Assembly (NCBI GenBank): GCA_964270895.1
Contig: OZ185444.1
From: Podarcis filfolensis
Lineage: Eukaryota
DNA length: 64,000 nucleotides
Direction: 5' to 3' (one strand)
The translations under genes were made by a program, and so were the position numbers. A model generated the notes under the pieces. It was not told where the DNA came from. It made no database searches and saw only the letters and a program-made list of their open reading frames with translations. This document shows positions 1-12,921 of this stretch, piece after piece; position 1 is the first letter of the stretch; every line of letters starts with the position of its first letter.

Positions 1-197
1 AGATAGGCATCAAAGAAGGCCACCAAAAACTGCTAATTGGAAGTAACCCTCCCAGCCACTCTGTCAAATATATTCCTTCCCTGCTCCTGTTATGTGTGGT
101 GTAAACATTTCTCCCCTTTTCTTGGACTAATGCAATTAAAAGCTTGCTTCCTGCAACCTTTCTCCTTAAAGGTCTATCTTTTTCTTTACCTCCCCAG

Positions 198-671
198 CTT
201 CCTGTTTCCCAGCCAGTGCCGATCATCCAAGGTGAAACACAGTTACCTATGGCAGTGCCTTCCCTTCCTCAGCCTTCAGTTGCCCCTGTCATGCCCATTG
301 GCTCTCATTTTCTCCCTATGGGCCCGCCCTTACAGACTCCCCTTCATCCACAGTTCTCAGTTTCTCAGATGCCCATAGCAACACCTCATGTGTCAGTGGC
401 TCAGCCTGGTTTCCCAACTCTACCCATCTCCATGGCATCTGGTGTTAGCCAGCCATTGCTCACTTTGGCCACATCTGCTGCAGCAGCTGCTATTCCTGTG
501 GGTTCAACTGTTGTCCCTAGCCAGCTTCCAACTCTTCTGCAGCCCGGGGCGCAGCTGTCCGGCCAGGTTCTCCCACAGCTTCTACAGCCATCTGTTCAGC
601 CCATGGGATTGCCAGCCACACTTGGACAAACTGCTGAAGTACCACTTCCACCTACAGATGCTGTGTACCAG
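198..671 (+). CDS. WNK1: WNK1 exon 11 (Pro-rich, alternatively spliced in mammals)
   Basis: ccccAG|CTT CCT GTT (LPVSQPVPIIQG...) to TAC CAG|GTattg; 474 nt, phase 0-0. Confidence 0.93.
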
Positions 672-872
672 GTATTGTGGCAGTCAAGAAAGAGTCCCTC
701 TCTTCTGCTCCTCTGGTGCTTTAGACACTGCTAAGATGTCCTGAAAAATTACTTGCAGTCTTTGGAAGGAGAGGCCAAATGGTTTTTCAGTATACAAGGG
801 AAAGTCCTGATTTCAAACCAAATTTGATTAGTAATGGTATTTTGTTTTTGCATTGGTAGTTTTACTGAGGAA

Positions 873-1018
873 TGAATCGTAGAATTATAGAATTGGAAGG
901 CACCCTGAGGCTCACCTAGTCCAACCCCCTGCAATGCAGGAACATGCAGGTGTCCCATATGGGGCTTGAACCTGCAACCTTGGTATTATCAATACCACAC
1001 TCTAACCAACTGAGCTGG
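873..1018 (-). mobile_element. SINE with tRNA-Ile-like head and CR1-type tail
   Basis: On -: AGCTCAGTTGGTTAGAG (A box), TGGTA-TTGATAA-TACCA anticodon arm, GGTTCAAGCC (B box), then CCTGCATTGCAGGGGGTTGGACTAG and a (TTCTA)-like tail. Confidence 0.75.
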
Positions 1019-1094
1019 AAGAGTAATGTCGACTGACATGTAAATGACTGTCAGATCACTGAAGGGCCACAGTTTCCCCACTCAAATACCAGTG

Positions 1095-1216
1095 CAGGGT
1101 GGGGAGCCTGTAGCTCTCCTGAAGTTGTTGGACTACATCAGCCCCAGCCAGCAGGGCCAATGAGGTATGGGAGTTGCAATCAAGCAACATTTGGAAGCTA
1201 CAGGTTCTCCATTCCA
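1095..1216. mobile_element. Short palindromic hAT-like MITE
   Basis: CAGGGTGGGGAGCCTGTAGC...GCTACAGGTTCTCCATTCC. Same family as 8081-8211. Confidence 0.55.
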
Positions 1217-1962
1217 CTACTACCTTACGTTTGGGTGTGATGAGGACATCTAGCAAATCAGGTGTTTCATCTCAGTTAATAGATTCAAGCTATGAAATTG
1301 CCAGGCTGCAGTGATAATTTGCTGGAGTGCTGGCCAGGCAGTTTTGACTGTCAGCTGGAGCACAGCATAAAAAGCTTAACAAGACTTAAATTGTGAAAAA
1401 TGCGGAAGCACCATGATATACACATGGCAAGCAAACAGATTTCCCATGCTCCAATTTTAGGGAAACATGTTGAACTTGTCTTCAGTAGACAGCACAACAA
1501 AAATAAATAATAAGTGAAACCTCTCTTTTTGTCTCTGGAAAGAGACTGGCAAGCAGGCATTAAAAGAGATGGAGCCCTGTTGCTCTGACTTGACTGGGGC
1601 CCAGTCATCTGACAGCTTCTTTGCAGACCTGGTAACTTGATGGAGCATTTCTAGTTAACAGGACGGAGAGGACCTTTTTAGTGCACAGGTTGCTTTAAGG
1701 TCCCTTTAGTTGTGTGGTGCACTGCTGTTCCAGAGTGCATGATGGCTTGGGATTTAACATTAACCCCCAAGGCAGTAGGCTTTGTTCCTTTTTAAAATAA
1801 GTTACCCTGGAAGTTGTGCAACAAATCTAAGGAGTTCATGGCAGGAGGGAGTTAAAAATCCTATGCAGCTTGCCTTGCTTTCCCTCCCTTCCTATCTGTT
1901 TCATACTGTTTTCCCCTGAAATCCCCTAAATTACAATAACTTGGCTTCCTCATTTATCGCAG

Positions 1963-2238
1963 GGCTTCCCACCTCGGCTACCAGCACAATATACTGGAGA
2001 CTCAAACATTGCTTCTTCTGTGGCCTCTGCTTGCCTCCCTTCTGCAGTACTATCCCCTCCCTTACCCACAGATGTACTGGCTCAGCCAGGCTATCTTGCT
2101 GCAATGGTACAGCCTTATGTGGAGCAGAATGTTTTAGTTTCTTTGGGCAGTCTAGGCGGACAGGTTCAAGTGCCACAGCCTGCTTCCTGTTTAGCACAGC
2201 AGGTCTCATCTTCAGCTTCCCAGCAGACAGCATTAGAG
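1963..2238 (+). CDS. WNK1: WNK1 exon 12 (Pro-rich cassette)
   Basis: cgcAG|GGC TTC CCA (GFPPRLPAQY...QQTALE) to GAG|GTaaat; 276 nt, phase 0-0. Confidence 0.93.
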
Positions 2239-2896
2239 GTAAATGGACTATGCATGTTGCTGTGTGTGTGCATTCTAAAAACTGAGTTTCAGGGCATGAA
2301 TTTTGAATTCACTTCCATTTGGGGTAGCAAGCTGAAGAATCATATGCTAATCGTCAAAATGAATTTCTCTTACAGCAGAATGTGATGCCAATGTGGAGAC
2401 CTTGTTGCCCCTGGCTATGCTGTTGGGAAGTGAGTGGGCCTCCCAAGATGCAAAACACTTGCTAGCACTTCTCTTCTGGCTAGTAATGCCAATCGTATTG
2501 AAGACATGCTATACTCAACAGTCACTGGAAAAAAATCTCTCCTCAATCGTGTTCCCTGCAGCCTTGCTGTAGCTGGGGGAGATTTGAATGGACTTTGCAC
2601 TCTGCATTGGCTTCTCTGTTGCACATTCTGCTAGTAAGATTTCTGGTTGCATGGCAAGCTGTAGTGCCACCATCATGTAGTAAATAAAATGGTTGACTTT
2701 CACCAGGCAACTTGTTTCAAATTTGCACGAAAACCTCAATTGGGGTTAAAAATTTGAAATGTTTAGATGCTTTAAGATGTTCTAGAGAGAACAGTGTGCT
2801 TTTCAGCTTCTAGTTACCTAGATGGATAGACTGTGATGGGGCTGGAAAAAGAGCTCTTTAACAAGATGCATGAAGGGAATGCTTTATCTTTTGCAG

Positions 2897-2997
2897 AGTA
2901 CTTCTGGAGTTACTCAGACAGCACCTGCAGAGACTCAACCACCAGTGCAGCAGCAGCAGCCTTCGCAATCAACCCCATTGGTTTCCTCAATAGATAG
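2897..2997 (+). CDS. WNK1: WNK1 exon 13
   Basis: ttgcAG|AGT ACT (STSGVTQTAPAE...LVSSID) to AG|GTaaat; 101 nt; the split Ser codon joins exon 14. Confidence 0.9.
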
Positions 2998-3120
2998 GTA
3001 AATAGTAAATTATTGCATTTCAACTTGGATAGTCATCATTACAGACATGGTGCTTCTGTTAATCTGTTTCTGATTTGGGCGGACTCTTTGCATGTGAACT
3101 CTTAACATCTGCCCTTGACA

Positions 3121-3230
3121 TCTAAGCTGGGGCATGGAACTTGTTTGACTCCAGTTCCATCATCCCTGACAATCAGCCATGCTGGCTGAGGCTGATGAGA
3201 CCTCTGGAGGGTCACAGGTTACCCATCTCT
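3121..3230. mobile_element. Partial short palindromic hAT-like MITE
   Basis: Core CATCATCCCTGAC...GCCATGCTGGCTGAGGCTGATG and right end CTGGAGGGTCACAGGTTACCCATC. Confidence 0.45.
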
Positions 3231-3565
3231 AATTGTAGCTGATTACTCCTTTCCTGAATTACAGCAAGGCTGCTCAGACACTAGTTGTACCAGGCTCATA
3301 ATGTCCTAACTTAACTATACCTTACCCGTTGCAGCACCCTATTAAAAATGGCCTGTGTCTTTCCTGTGAGTGACTCAAAAGGCGACTTTTAAAGCATGTA
3401 GCATAGTGATTCCCAAACTTTCCCCCCTACAGAAAATTGGTGAGGGTCTTGGTGAACTACTTAATTATTTTTATGCTTGTTATAGAAATTGTAATGTGCT
3501 GCGGTAGATGCTGTATTTTTTTTTAAATTGCATTTAATTGCTTCTTGTACTTCTTATATATTGTA

Positions 3566-3809
3566 CAGTCATATCTTGGGTTACAGACGCTTCAGGTTGC
3601 GCATTTTCGGGTTACGGATGCGCCGAAACCCGGTAGTACTGGAATGGGCTACTTTCGGGTTTCGGCGCTTGTGCATGCGCAGAAGCGCTAAATCGTGCTT
3701 TACACATGCGCAGAAGCTCCAAATCACAACCGCGCATGCGCAGACGCGGTGCTGTGGGTTGCAGACGTGCCTCCCACACAGATCACGTTCGCAACCCGAG
3801 CACCCACTT
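3566..3809. mobile_element. Non-autonomous Tc1/mariner (Tigger-like) MITE
   Basis: TA|CAGTCATATCTTGGGTTAC...GCAACCCGAGCACCCACT(T)|TA, degenerate TIRs, internal repeated GCATGCGCAGA. Confidence 0.6.
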
Positions 3810-4404
3810 TATGTTATTGTAAGGCAACCCTCCATTTTTGCAGGGTTATGTTCTGAGTTACTGCACACATCCCTTGCGGGTTTGGCTCGATGCACATGTG
3901 CGCAGTTGCACATATATTGAATGTGTGTAAAGGGGGGGGGTTGCATGTATTACAATTTGAAGTCTGTGGAATTAAAACTGTAATATAAAGTATAATATAA
4001 GAAATAAAAGAAGCAATGAACATACAAGTAATAATCAATACATTATGAATGTTTAAGGCAATGAAAAGTACTGTTTCCCCGTTCAACCACAAATCCACAA
4101 ACATGCTGTGGGTCACCTGAATGAAGGCCACAGACTACTAGTGGTCCACAAGCCACAGTTTGGAAACTCCTGATGAAATATACAAGAGAGGCATTTAATG
4201 ACTAATTAAAAAACACATTTGAGCCTCATTTCACTAGTGCAGATTTAATCATCTTTATCAGCATGTAGTGGTAGGATTTTCTAAAGAGCATTTTACTTAC
4301 ATTCCTTGATTTGCTGAGAGTGATACTCAGCATGGAAAGGAAGTGGGGGGGGGGGAATTACAGGTAAAAAATGGCTGATTTTTTTCCTACTTGTTTTTCT
4401 GTAG

Positions 4405-4567
4405 TGCACATTCAGATGTTGCTTCAGGCTTAAGTGACTGCAATGAAAGTGTTCCAGCATCTAGTGGTAGACATGAAGGGAGGACTACGAAACGGCATTA
4501 TCGGAAGTCAGTGCGCAGCCGCTCTCGGCATGAGAAGACTACACGTCCCAAACTGAGAATTCTTAAT
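4405..4567 (+). CDS. WNK1: WNK1 exon 14
   Basis: tgtAG|T GCA CAT (AHSDVASG...RHEKTTRPKLRILN) to AAT|GTgagt; 163 nt. Confidence 0.96.
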
Positions 4568-5811
4568 GTGAGTTTCTTTTGGTGATACTGCACTGTATAG
4601 TGCTGAATTATGGTTTAGTGTTACATCTGAATCAGTCCACTGTGTTTTAAAACCTCTGTTTTAGTGCATAGTTTATTAGACTCTAAAAAACTCTGTTTAT
4701 TAGAGTACGCAAAAATCTTGGCCTTAAGTGCTCTCCCCTCCCACTGTCCTGCATGCAAGGGGAGGAGATTAGAAATGTTGCTTATTAGTTAACAGCAAAC
4801 TATGATTTGCTCAAACCAGCATTATAAAGTATAGTTTGATCCAGGTTTGTAGGTAAGCTTTGGTTTGCTATTGAGTAGAATCTAAAGCTTCATATCTCAC
4901 TTTGCATGCAGAGGAAGGGGAGGAGGGAGTGTATGAGCCAAGGGCTTGTCTCTGCCCCTCTTCATAACAACAAACCAAGGTTTCTCATTATATCTGAATT
5001 CAGTCACTGTTCTAACCTCTTGACAAATTGTTCTCCTGTGCTGCTTTTTCTGTCCTACATTCTTACATTGGGTTATACTATTGTGTTTCTCTGTGTTTGT
5101 TTGTTTGTTTTGCTTAAGATGGCATATATTGAGTTGTGCAACTATCGTGTCCCCATCAAGCTTCCACCATATTTTAAGATTGTGTATGTATGTGTGTGTG
5201 TGAGGGGGGACGGGGGGGAAGAGAATGGCTTTATTCACACAGCGCTAAGCCATGGTTCATTTAACAAACTATGAGCTGTCACATAGACAATCAAACTGTT
5301 GCTTGTTTTCCCCAAGTTCACCTCCTTCCAGCTGCTCTCATACCTTTCTAGCTTGGTGATCTTCTGGGGTGGAGAGGCCAGACAAATCATGGTCAAGGAA
5401 GGTGGTTAGTTCACACATAACACAAAGCCATATTTAAAAGAAACCAAGGTTTGCAAGTCAGTAACAAATCATGGTTTCAGATCCTGGTTTGCTGGCACTA
5501 AATGTACCATAAGTATACTACTCGCCCGTGTTTAATAAACCATGGCTTCATGTTATGTGTGAACCAGACAACTCTGTCTCCTTGTAATATATGGAATTTC
5601 ACTTTTATGGGAGAAGACTGAATTCAACCCCCCATGCCCCTGAATGCCTTGTTCAGTCCATTTATGGCTGTGGGGAAAATCCCTGGTGGTTCTTGATAAT
5701 TTCATCTGTGTATTTTCCTGCCTCTCTATATTGCTCCCAGCCCATCTACAGCTATCATTCTCTTCCATTGTGTTTACTTCTCATCTTGAATAACAGAATT
5801 GTCTGTTCCAG

Positions 5812-5928
5812 GTTTCAAATAAAGGAGACCGTGTTGTGGAATGCCAGTTAGAAACGCACAATAGAAAAATGGTTACTTTCAAATTTGACTTGGACGGTGA
5901 CAATCCAGAGGAAATAGCCTCTATCATG
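5812..5928 (+). CDS. WNK1: WNK1 exon 15 (CCT-like domain)
   Basis: ccAG|GTT TCA ([39 protein letters not shown]) to ATG|GTaagc; 117 nt. Confidence 0.97.
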
Positions 5929-6832
5929 GTAAGCAGTTCAGATGGAAGCTTAATTCTGTGTTCAAATATTAGCTTCAGTACCTAATATTTAATTACTACT
6001 GAATTTGCTTTCTCCAAGCGCTTGTTTTTAGCACAGTTCTTGTAATTTGTCTGCTGAGTTTGCCACAGTTTGCTGGTTAACGAATGTCTGAAGTTGCTGT
6101 GTGTAGGCTAGTACTTGCTTAAATCAAACAGTTGAAGACATGAATCAACTTCTTTCTCAGAACTATCATTTCTTCAAGCAAACAATTGTCCAACTATTCT
6201 GCACTCAAGGGCCATGATCCGGAAGCAGCAACTGGCTAGCCCAAAAGCAGAATGCATATTTTTATTTTGGGGGGAAATCAGACCTCTAATATTTGTTTCC
6301 ATAACTGCTGTAATGTTTGGGAAATTATATACAAAGTATTTAGTCTGTCAAGTAACATAATGGAAGGCCCCCAGTAAACTCCATGATTACTGAGAATATA
6401 GCTGTTCATCCTCTGTTTAGATTGGTTATCCCTCCCTCTTGTTATCACTGCAAGAGATGCAGTCACGTTTGCAGAAGACAGAAAGCAGCAGATTTGGAGA
6501 GTGTCTCTGTGACCAAAGCTGGGCATAGTTGAGTTCACTATCTCACCAGTTTATTTTTTTATTTCATAAAATTTTTACATCGCTTAATTGTAAAGAGAGA
6601 GAGAGAGAAATGCCTCAAAGTGATTTACAAAAAGTGTTCAAACTAGTACAGTACTTGTAGACTGGAAGGCTAGTTTTCCTTTTTAGGATAGGAGAGAAAG
6701 GGCAGCATCTGTAACTGCCATAGTGCTGCATAGTTTTCCGTTTGGTGCGTCCGCCTGAACTGCTGCTGTTGCTTGCTCAGATGAGTGGAAGGTGACATGT
6801 CTGTACTTACCACAATTCCAAATTTCATGCAG

Positions 6833-6979
6833 GTGCAAAATGAGTTCATCTTGGCAATGGAGAGAGATTCATTTGTAGAGCAGGTGCGTGACATCATAGA
6901 AAAGGCAGATGAAATGCTCAGCGAGGATGCAAGTGGGGAACCAGAAGGTGACCAGAGCATGGACAGTATGCATAACCAG
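6833..6979 (+). CDS. WNK1: WNK1 exon 16
   Basis: gcAG|GTG CAA (VQNEFILAMERDSFVEQVRDIIEKADEML...) to CAG|GTaagg; 147 nt. Confidence 0.95.
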
Positions 6980-7297
6980 GTAAGGGTTTATCTTACTGCC
7001 TGCACTCATGCCTTCTGCCACAAGGTCTATGCGTCTTTCTACTGCTCTTTCTTCCAACAAGCAGTCTTGGCAAAAGTTATCTATCAACTTGAGCTAAAGT
7101 CTTAATGATAAAGAAATTATGAAAGCCATGAAACGACTCCTCCTTGGCCATGTAAGTGGAAGGGAGTTCACAAGCCCCAGAGGAGGTTTACCTAGAACTA
7201 AACCAGAATTTACCATTTCACCCAGACATGGCCATCAGTGTATTTAGTGGTCGAATGCTGGGATTATGCAGAAAAATAATCATTTCATTTGTTGCAG

Positions 7298-7355
7298 AAA
7301 TTGGATGGAGACTTTAAACAGCCAGATCCTGTGTCTTCTATGCCACAAAGAATAG
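7298..7355 (+). CDS. WNK1: WNK1 exon 17
   Basis: ttgcAG|AAA TTG (KLDGDFKQPDPVSSMPQRI) to G|GTaagg; 58 nt. Confidence 0.92.
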
Positions 7356-7516
7356 GTAAGGGCTATTGAATTCTCTTAACAATCTTCTATTGCTGGTTTG
7401 TATTCTAGGTGTAGTATAAGACAGTCATGGCATGATTCAGGACCGTGTGGTAGATTGTACATAGCTCAGTAGGAACTTGCACAACTGTAATCCTACATTT
7501 TTCTCTGTTACTTTAG

Positions 7517-7654
7517 GTGTTCCTCCTAACTCATTGACTCAGGTTGTCCATTCTGCTGGAAGACGGTTTATTGTCAGCCCTGTACCCGAAAGTAGGTTAC
7601 GAGAACAGAGATTTTTCACTTCTATCCCATCAGAAAGTGAGCTGCTTGATATAG
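7517..7654 (+). CDS. WNK1: WNK1 exon 18 (RFIV motif at 7564-7575)
   Basis: tttAG|GT GTT (VPPNSLTQVVHSAGRRFIVSPVPESRL...) to G|GTgagt; 138 nt. Confidence 0.96.
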
Positions 7655-8080
7655 GTGAGTTAATCACCATTCCCAACACAGCCTGCTCTTACCACTAACA
7701 GAATGTGTGGATTTCAAGGAAACAGTTTTACAGGGCTTGTATCAATAATGAATTTATTGTTTCTAAAGGCATGTCTCTCTCCATGTGTACCTACCTGTGT
7801 GTTGGGTTCTTCTTCAGAGGCCATTCTCAGTGTCTCCAGCCAAATGAACTGCAGCTGGCGGTTATGGGGGAGAGAATGTCCTTGCCTGGTGTCAGCCCCA
7901 GGCAAATGCATTTTTTAAAAAATCAAAACATCCAGGTGGTTTCATTTGCTGTAGCTTTAACATGTTTTTATTTCATCTGACTCTTTTGTATTTTTTATGT
8001 TGGAATTTTGAATGGTTTTATTGTTTATTGTGAGCTGCATTAAGAACTTTATTGTAGGGTGGCTTGCAAATATTGTAAAT

Positions 8081-8211
8081 CAAAGATGGGGAACCATTGA
8101 CCTTCCAGATGTTGTTAGATACCAGCTCCCATCAGCCCCAGCTAACAGAGCCAAGGATGATGGGAGTTGTAGATCAGCTGCACCTGAAGGGCTGCAGTTT
8201 CCCCATCTTTG
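8081..8211. mobile_element. Short palindromic hAT-like MITE
   Basis: Perfect 13-bp TIR CAAAGATGGGGAA/TTCCCCATCTTTG; flanks TTGTAAAT/TGGTAAAA (6/8, decayed 8-bp TSD). Confidence 0.7.
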
Positions 8212-8725
8212 TGGTAAAAATATATAGGTAAAATGAAAGTAAAACTACCTTCTTTCTTTATTAGCATGGCATAAACTGTTGCCATCTATTTGAGTGTGCA
8301 GTACTGTGAAAGTTATACTGTTGGAAATAGAAAATTAGGATTCCTAGTCATAAAGGGGTACCTAGCTGCCTCTTGCATCCATAAGCTATCTTGCATATAT
8401 ATGCATGTTTCCAGTACTTTATAAGCCTCAGTGACTTAAATTTGTGGTAGTTTACCATTGCTGAAACCTGTGGGAGCAGGGGAATCAGAAAAATAACTAA
8501 TTGTGCCACTGTGTCCCTCCTTCCCCCAAGTTTCCTTTAGGTAGGAAATGAAGACGCAGTCAGTGCAAAAATATGTTGCTATAGAAAGTACTTATGGCCT
8601 TTGATATCTTTCAGAAATCCAAGTTAGGCCCATTGATTTCAGTGGGGCTACTCTGAGTAAAACTTCGTTAACTACCACCCAGTAAGTTTCTGCAGAGAAG
8701 CTGACTTTGCCTCTCTTCCTTGCAG

Positions 8726-10128
8726 TTGCTGCTTCTCCATCTCATGGCCCTGGAATGAATCTCTCTCACTCTGCATCTTCACTCAGTCTGCAACAAGCTT
8801 TCTCCGAGCTCAAGCACGCTCAAACGACGGAAGGACCAAGCACAGCTCCCCCAGTTTTTAACCAGGCTGTGCCACCTTTTCCATGCCTAAGTTCAAGCAT
8901 GAATGGGGGGCTGCCACCAACATCAGTGCCTGCTCCTTCTGCCTCGGTTCCTTCCACCACCGGTGTTTCTTTACCAGCAACTCAGTCAACAGAAAAAGTG
9001 ACAGCAGGGCTTCCGTCGGGTGAAGAATTGCCAGGCTCCAGCTCTCCACCACCAGGGTTGCAGTCACAGTCAATTAGCGGAGTGCCTTCCAGTGTCAGTG
9101 CACCTTCTTCTTTGTCCATAACTGCATCCCAGGTGGCTTCTGCTGTTGGGGAAATTGTTCCTAGTGTTAGCACCCCTGCTTCTTTAACATTGCCACAAGC
9201 CGGAACAACAAAGCCTAGCATTACAATATCAGGAGTTGTGGCACCAACTGCGACATCTCAGCAGGTTGGTGCTGGCAGTGCTGCCACGGCCGATTCTCAA
9301 ACATCGGTCCCTGTGTCTTCGGCACAGAGCGTGGTTTCGCAGTCTTCTCAGTTGAACACCAGCGGCTCTGTACCCAGCCTAGCTGAAATGGTGGTAGTTA
9401 GTGTGCTGCAGCCAAGGTCAAAAGCCGAACAGTCACCGGAAAAACCACAGCAAGTCAGCGGAGGTGGACTGCCCGCGCCTGTTTCTGTACCTATACCTTC
9501 TGCAGTAGCATCAAGCATAACTAGCTCCATCTCACAGCCACTACCCATCCCACCCACAGTTACCTCATCTAGCTTAGGTGCGGCAGCAGGTGCTGTCTCT
9601 ACCCCAGTATTACCTGGCATTCTGCCATTGGCACAACCAGTAACGAATGTCCCTGCAGTCCAGCAGACTTTAATACATACTCAGCCTCAACCAGCTCCAT
9701 TAGCCAATCAACCTCATACTCACTGCCTGGAAGGGGATGTTGACAGTCAACCCAAAGCACCCGGCATAGATGACATAAAGACTTTGGAAGAAAAACTCCG
9801 GTCCCTTTTCAGTGAGCATGGCGGTGTTGGAGCAGCTCACCCATCGGTATCCCTGGAGACATCACTGGTGGTGGAGACTACAGTTATGCCTGGCTTGCCA
9901 ACCACTGCTGTTGCGCCCACAAAACCTGCAGCACCTGTTGCAAGTACCAGTATACCACCAGCCAGTTTGATTCTTGGTCCAACAGGCTTACCTATTGCGA
10001 CTCCAGTAGCCACACCTGGGCAAGCAGGCACTCCAGTCACTTGTGTTACTACTACAACATGCAGTACGGCATCAGCAACAGCCAAATCAGGGACACCTCC
10101 TTCAAAGCCACCTCTTAGCAGGGCACCG
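8726..10128 (+). CDS. WNK1: WNK1 exon 19 (large Ser/Pro/Thr-rich exon)
   Basis: tgcAG|TT GCT to CCG|GTaagg; 1403 nt inside ORF 8707..10152. Encodes MNLSHSASSLSLQQAFSEL and APGIDDIKTLEEKLRSLFSEH. Confidence 0.96.
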
Positions 10129-12360
10129 GTAAGGAATCCAGTGGTTTTATGAATGCTTTTTAAAATATCCTAAGCTTAGGAGCCTTCTAAGACTGACCTG
10201 GAACATTTAGTTACTCCTTCCATGGTCAGTTCTATGCATTTAGTGCTTTAATTCAGCTGTTCTTCCCCACATTTGTTTGCATACCTCTTAAGTATTGGTG
10301 CTTGCCATGACCTCATTGTGTACAAAACAGGGAAGAAATAATGTATCACTAGCACCATGGGCTGTTTTCATTTCAATTCACATTCTGGGTGGCCAATAGC
10401 CATGGCAACTTCTTCAAATGCAAGGCATATGTCTGACCAACATTGAGACAATTGTTGCAGTTTGCAGCTGAGCATCAATTTATTAAGATGTAACAAGAAA
10501 CATGCATGTGGAGCATGCATGTACACACATTGTTAGCTGTTTTTGGGTGGGCATATGAGACCTGTTTTGTGACATGTACATTCAGTAAATAGAGAAGATG
10601 TTAAGTGCCAAAGTATGTAGTAGGTTTTGTAGTCTGATGGCACACTTGCCATATTAACTGTAGTCCTATGATAAACATGGGTTGTGTCATCGATATAAAT
10701 TCTACAGGGGAAACTACAGTTGGAAAAGATTTGTGGTGTTCACAGAAATTTGTATCAGATTGTGTAGAGTCAATTGTTTCCTAAAACTGTCCAGTGTCAA
10801 AGTAGATAGCACTGACTTTCAGTTCATTCATGTTGCCAAAAAGTACTGTACACAGTGATTATTCCAGGCTGAAATTTGTACAGCTATGTGTTTTTAAGAG
10901 GGAGTTGAGAGAGTGTTCAGAGATCCCGCATCTTACCTTTTAAACTTTCATTTCTATTATTACATACGGAAGTCGCTGGAATGTTCTGTCTAACTTTGCT
11001 ATGAGACTGATGTGCTTCATTCTACTGCCTTTTATCTAACAACTTTTTGGTAACTTAGCTGAGTTTTTTCTTGCATTTTGCATGTTCAACCTTCTTTTAA
11101 TAAAACACCCAGTAGACTGCTAGTTTACATGAATTCAACTAAACCCAAACATGCACCATCAGTCCATTTTTAGCTCCTTTTTACACTTTTGGTTGATCAG
11201 CCTTGCAAATAATTACAGTAACCGTAATCCACAAATACTTACTTTAGCTAGCCAGACCTTCTGAATGTACTTGTGCATCAAAGGATGGCTTGAGACATGC
11301 CATATTGCAAACTACTTGCATGGGAAGAGAGGTTTTTTCCTCTCAGTATAGCATGGTGTGTAAACAATAATACACATTCAGTAGTTTCTATCAAAATGGC
11401 TACAACAGATGCTTTGTTGTAGAATGGTAATAGGTTTCTAAGCATGAATGCCATAAGATTGTAATACTAGGCACTGTGGATTGCTGTGCCTAACTATGTC
11501 TCATGAATCAGTATCTGAGATAACAGTGTTATCTTAAGAATTGTTTGGAGAAGACTGCTAAAAGTATTTTCCTCCACTTGGGGCTATATCACATACGACA
11601 TTATTTTACGCAGGGACCGCAATTAGTCTGCTGGAAAACTAGGTACAGTATTACGTGTTACAAAACAAAACAAAACAACTGCCACACGAGTTTACAAACT
11701 TCTGTGTAGAGTAGTTTTCATATAGGAAGGTAACATGAGTAGAAAAATGGTCCATGTATGAAATGAGTATAAAGGCAACTCTGGCATTGACCTTTGAGAG
11801 CCTTTACCTGGTCTGGGTGGTATTCAGCTAAGTTTTACTCAGAGTAGACCTGTTGAAATTAGTTGCACCCTTAGTCACGTTCATTCAGTTTAATAGCTCT
11901 ATGATTCTGTGAAAACTTGGCTGTGTATTGCCTTGTTTAAACTGCCCTTAAATACGGGGGTTGGTTGTGTTCCCTCTAATAGCTTTCGCTGCACTTTATG
12001 TTTACAGTCAAATAACCCAGATCCCACTATCAATCCAGTAGCAGGTAGGAGGGTAGGAAATCTGTACCAGGTGTTAGTGAGAGACAAGTGCAGAGAAGGG
12101 GCAACACTATAGAAATGGGAAGTCAGAAAAAGGTGGCAAAGCGTCCAAGTGCTGGACCATGTTTTAGCGTATCCCCATCTTCAGGGATAACATGCTACTT
12201 GTGGTGGTTGAGTCAAAGCACATTGTCTCAAAATTTGTTTCTATTTTATTAATAGTACTCCTTAAGTATTAAAGCTTCTACAGCGAATTTTCTTTTTTCT
12301 ATATGATGTTACAATCTTTTTCTTCTGTGACTGAACTTGAATTTTACCATCTATTCATAG

Positions 12361-12444
12361 GGGCCACTGGTAGGTTCTGAACTTCCAGCTGGCACTCCAG
12401 CCAGTGAGCAGCTGCCACCCTTTCCAGGACCTACACTAACTCAG
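12361..12444 (+). CDS. WNK1: WNK1 exon 20
   Basis: catAG|GGG CCA (GPLVGSELPAGTPASEQLPPFPGPTLTQ) to CAG|GTgcta; 84 nt. Confidence 0.93.
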
Positions 12445-12921
12445 GTGCTATATCTGCTTCTCTCTTTTTCCCTTTTCAAAGAGCATGTTTAAATTAAACT
12501 CTATTGCATGGTATTTCTTTCTACACTTTTTTTTTACACCGAGTAACCTTTTCTTTTATAAAAATTGAAATGGTTTCTTCATTTGATACTCCTTTTTTCC
12601 TTTGAAGATTGCTGTGCCCCAGTGTGCAAGCCCCACAAAGAAATAAAAGCTGCTGAACTTCATGAGCACTAGTTTAAAGCTACTTGTACTTTCTTGGGGT
12701 CAGCATTGTAGACCCAAAACAGCTGGAGGGCCGAGTTTGAGGATGCCTGTTCTAAACTAACCTTAGCCACCTCATCAGTCAATGCTGCTATGATATTTTC
12801 ATGGCTGGATATGTAAACAAACTCCTGAATAAATTATAGCAATTAAAGGTATATTTTTATACTTAGGCCTCTCTTTCTGTTTTCATACTATTCCTTTATA
12901 ACACAATGCTAACCATGCTTA

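Noticed and set aside
1-197. WNK1 HSN2 exon, kinase domain and kidney-specific promoter
   Set aside because: These lie upstream of exon 11 in known WNK1 genes and are not present in this window.
8858-10085. Antisense and alternative-frame ORFs over WNK1 exon 19
   Set aside because: Shadow frames of a low-complexity Ser/Pro/Thr/Ala coding exon.
11614-11642. Possible 29-nt microexon in WNK1 intron 19 (cgcAG|GGACCG...CTAG|GTACAG)
   Set aside because: The length is not a multiple of 3, the pyrimidine tract is short, and there is no other support.
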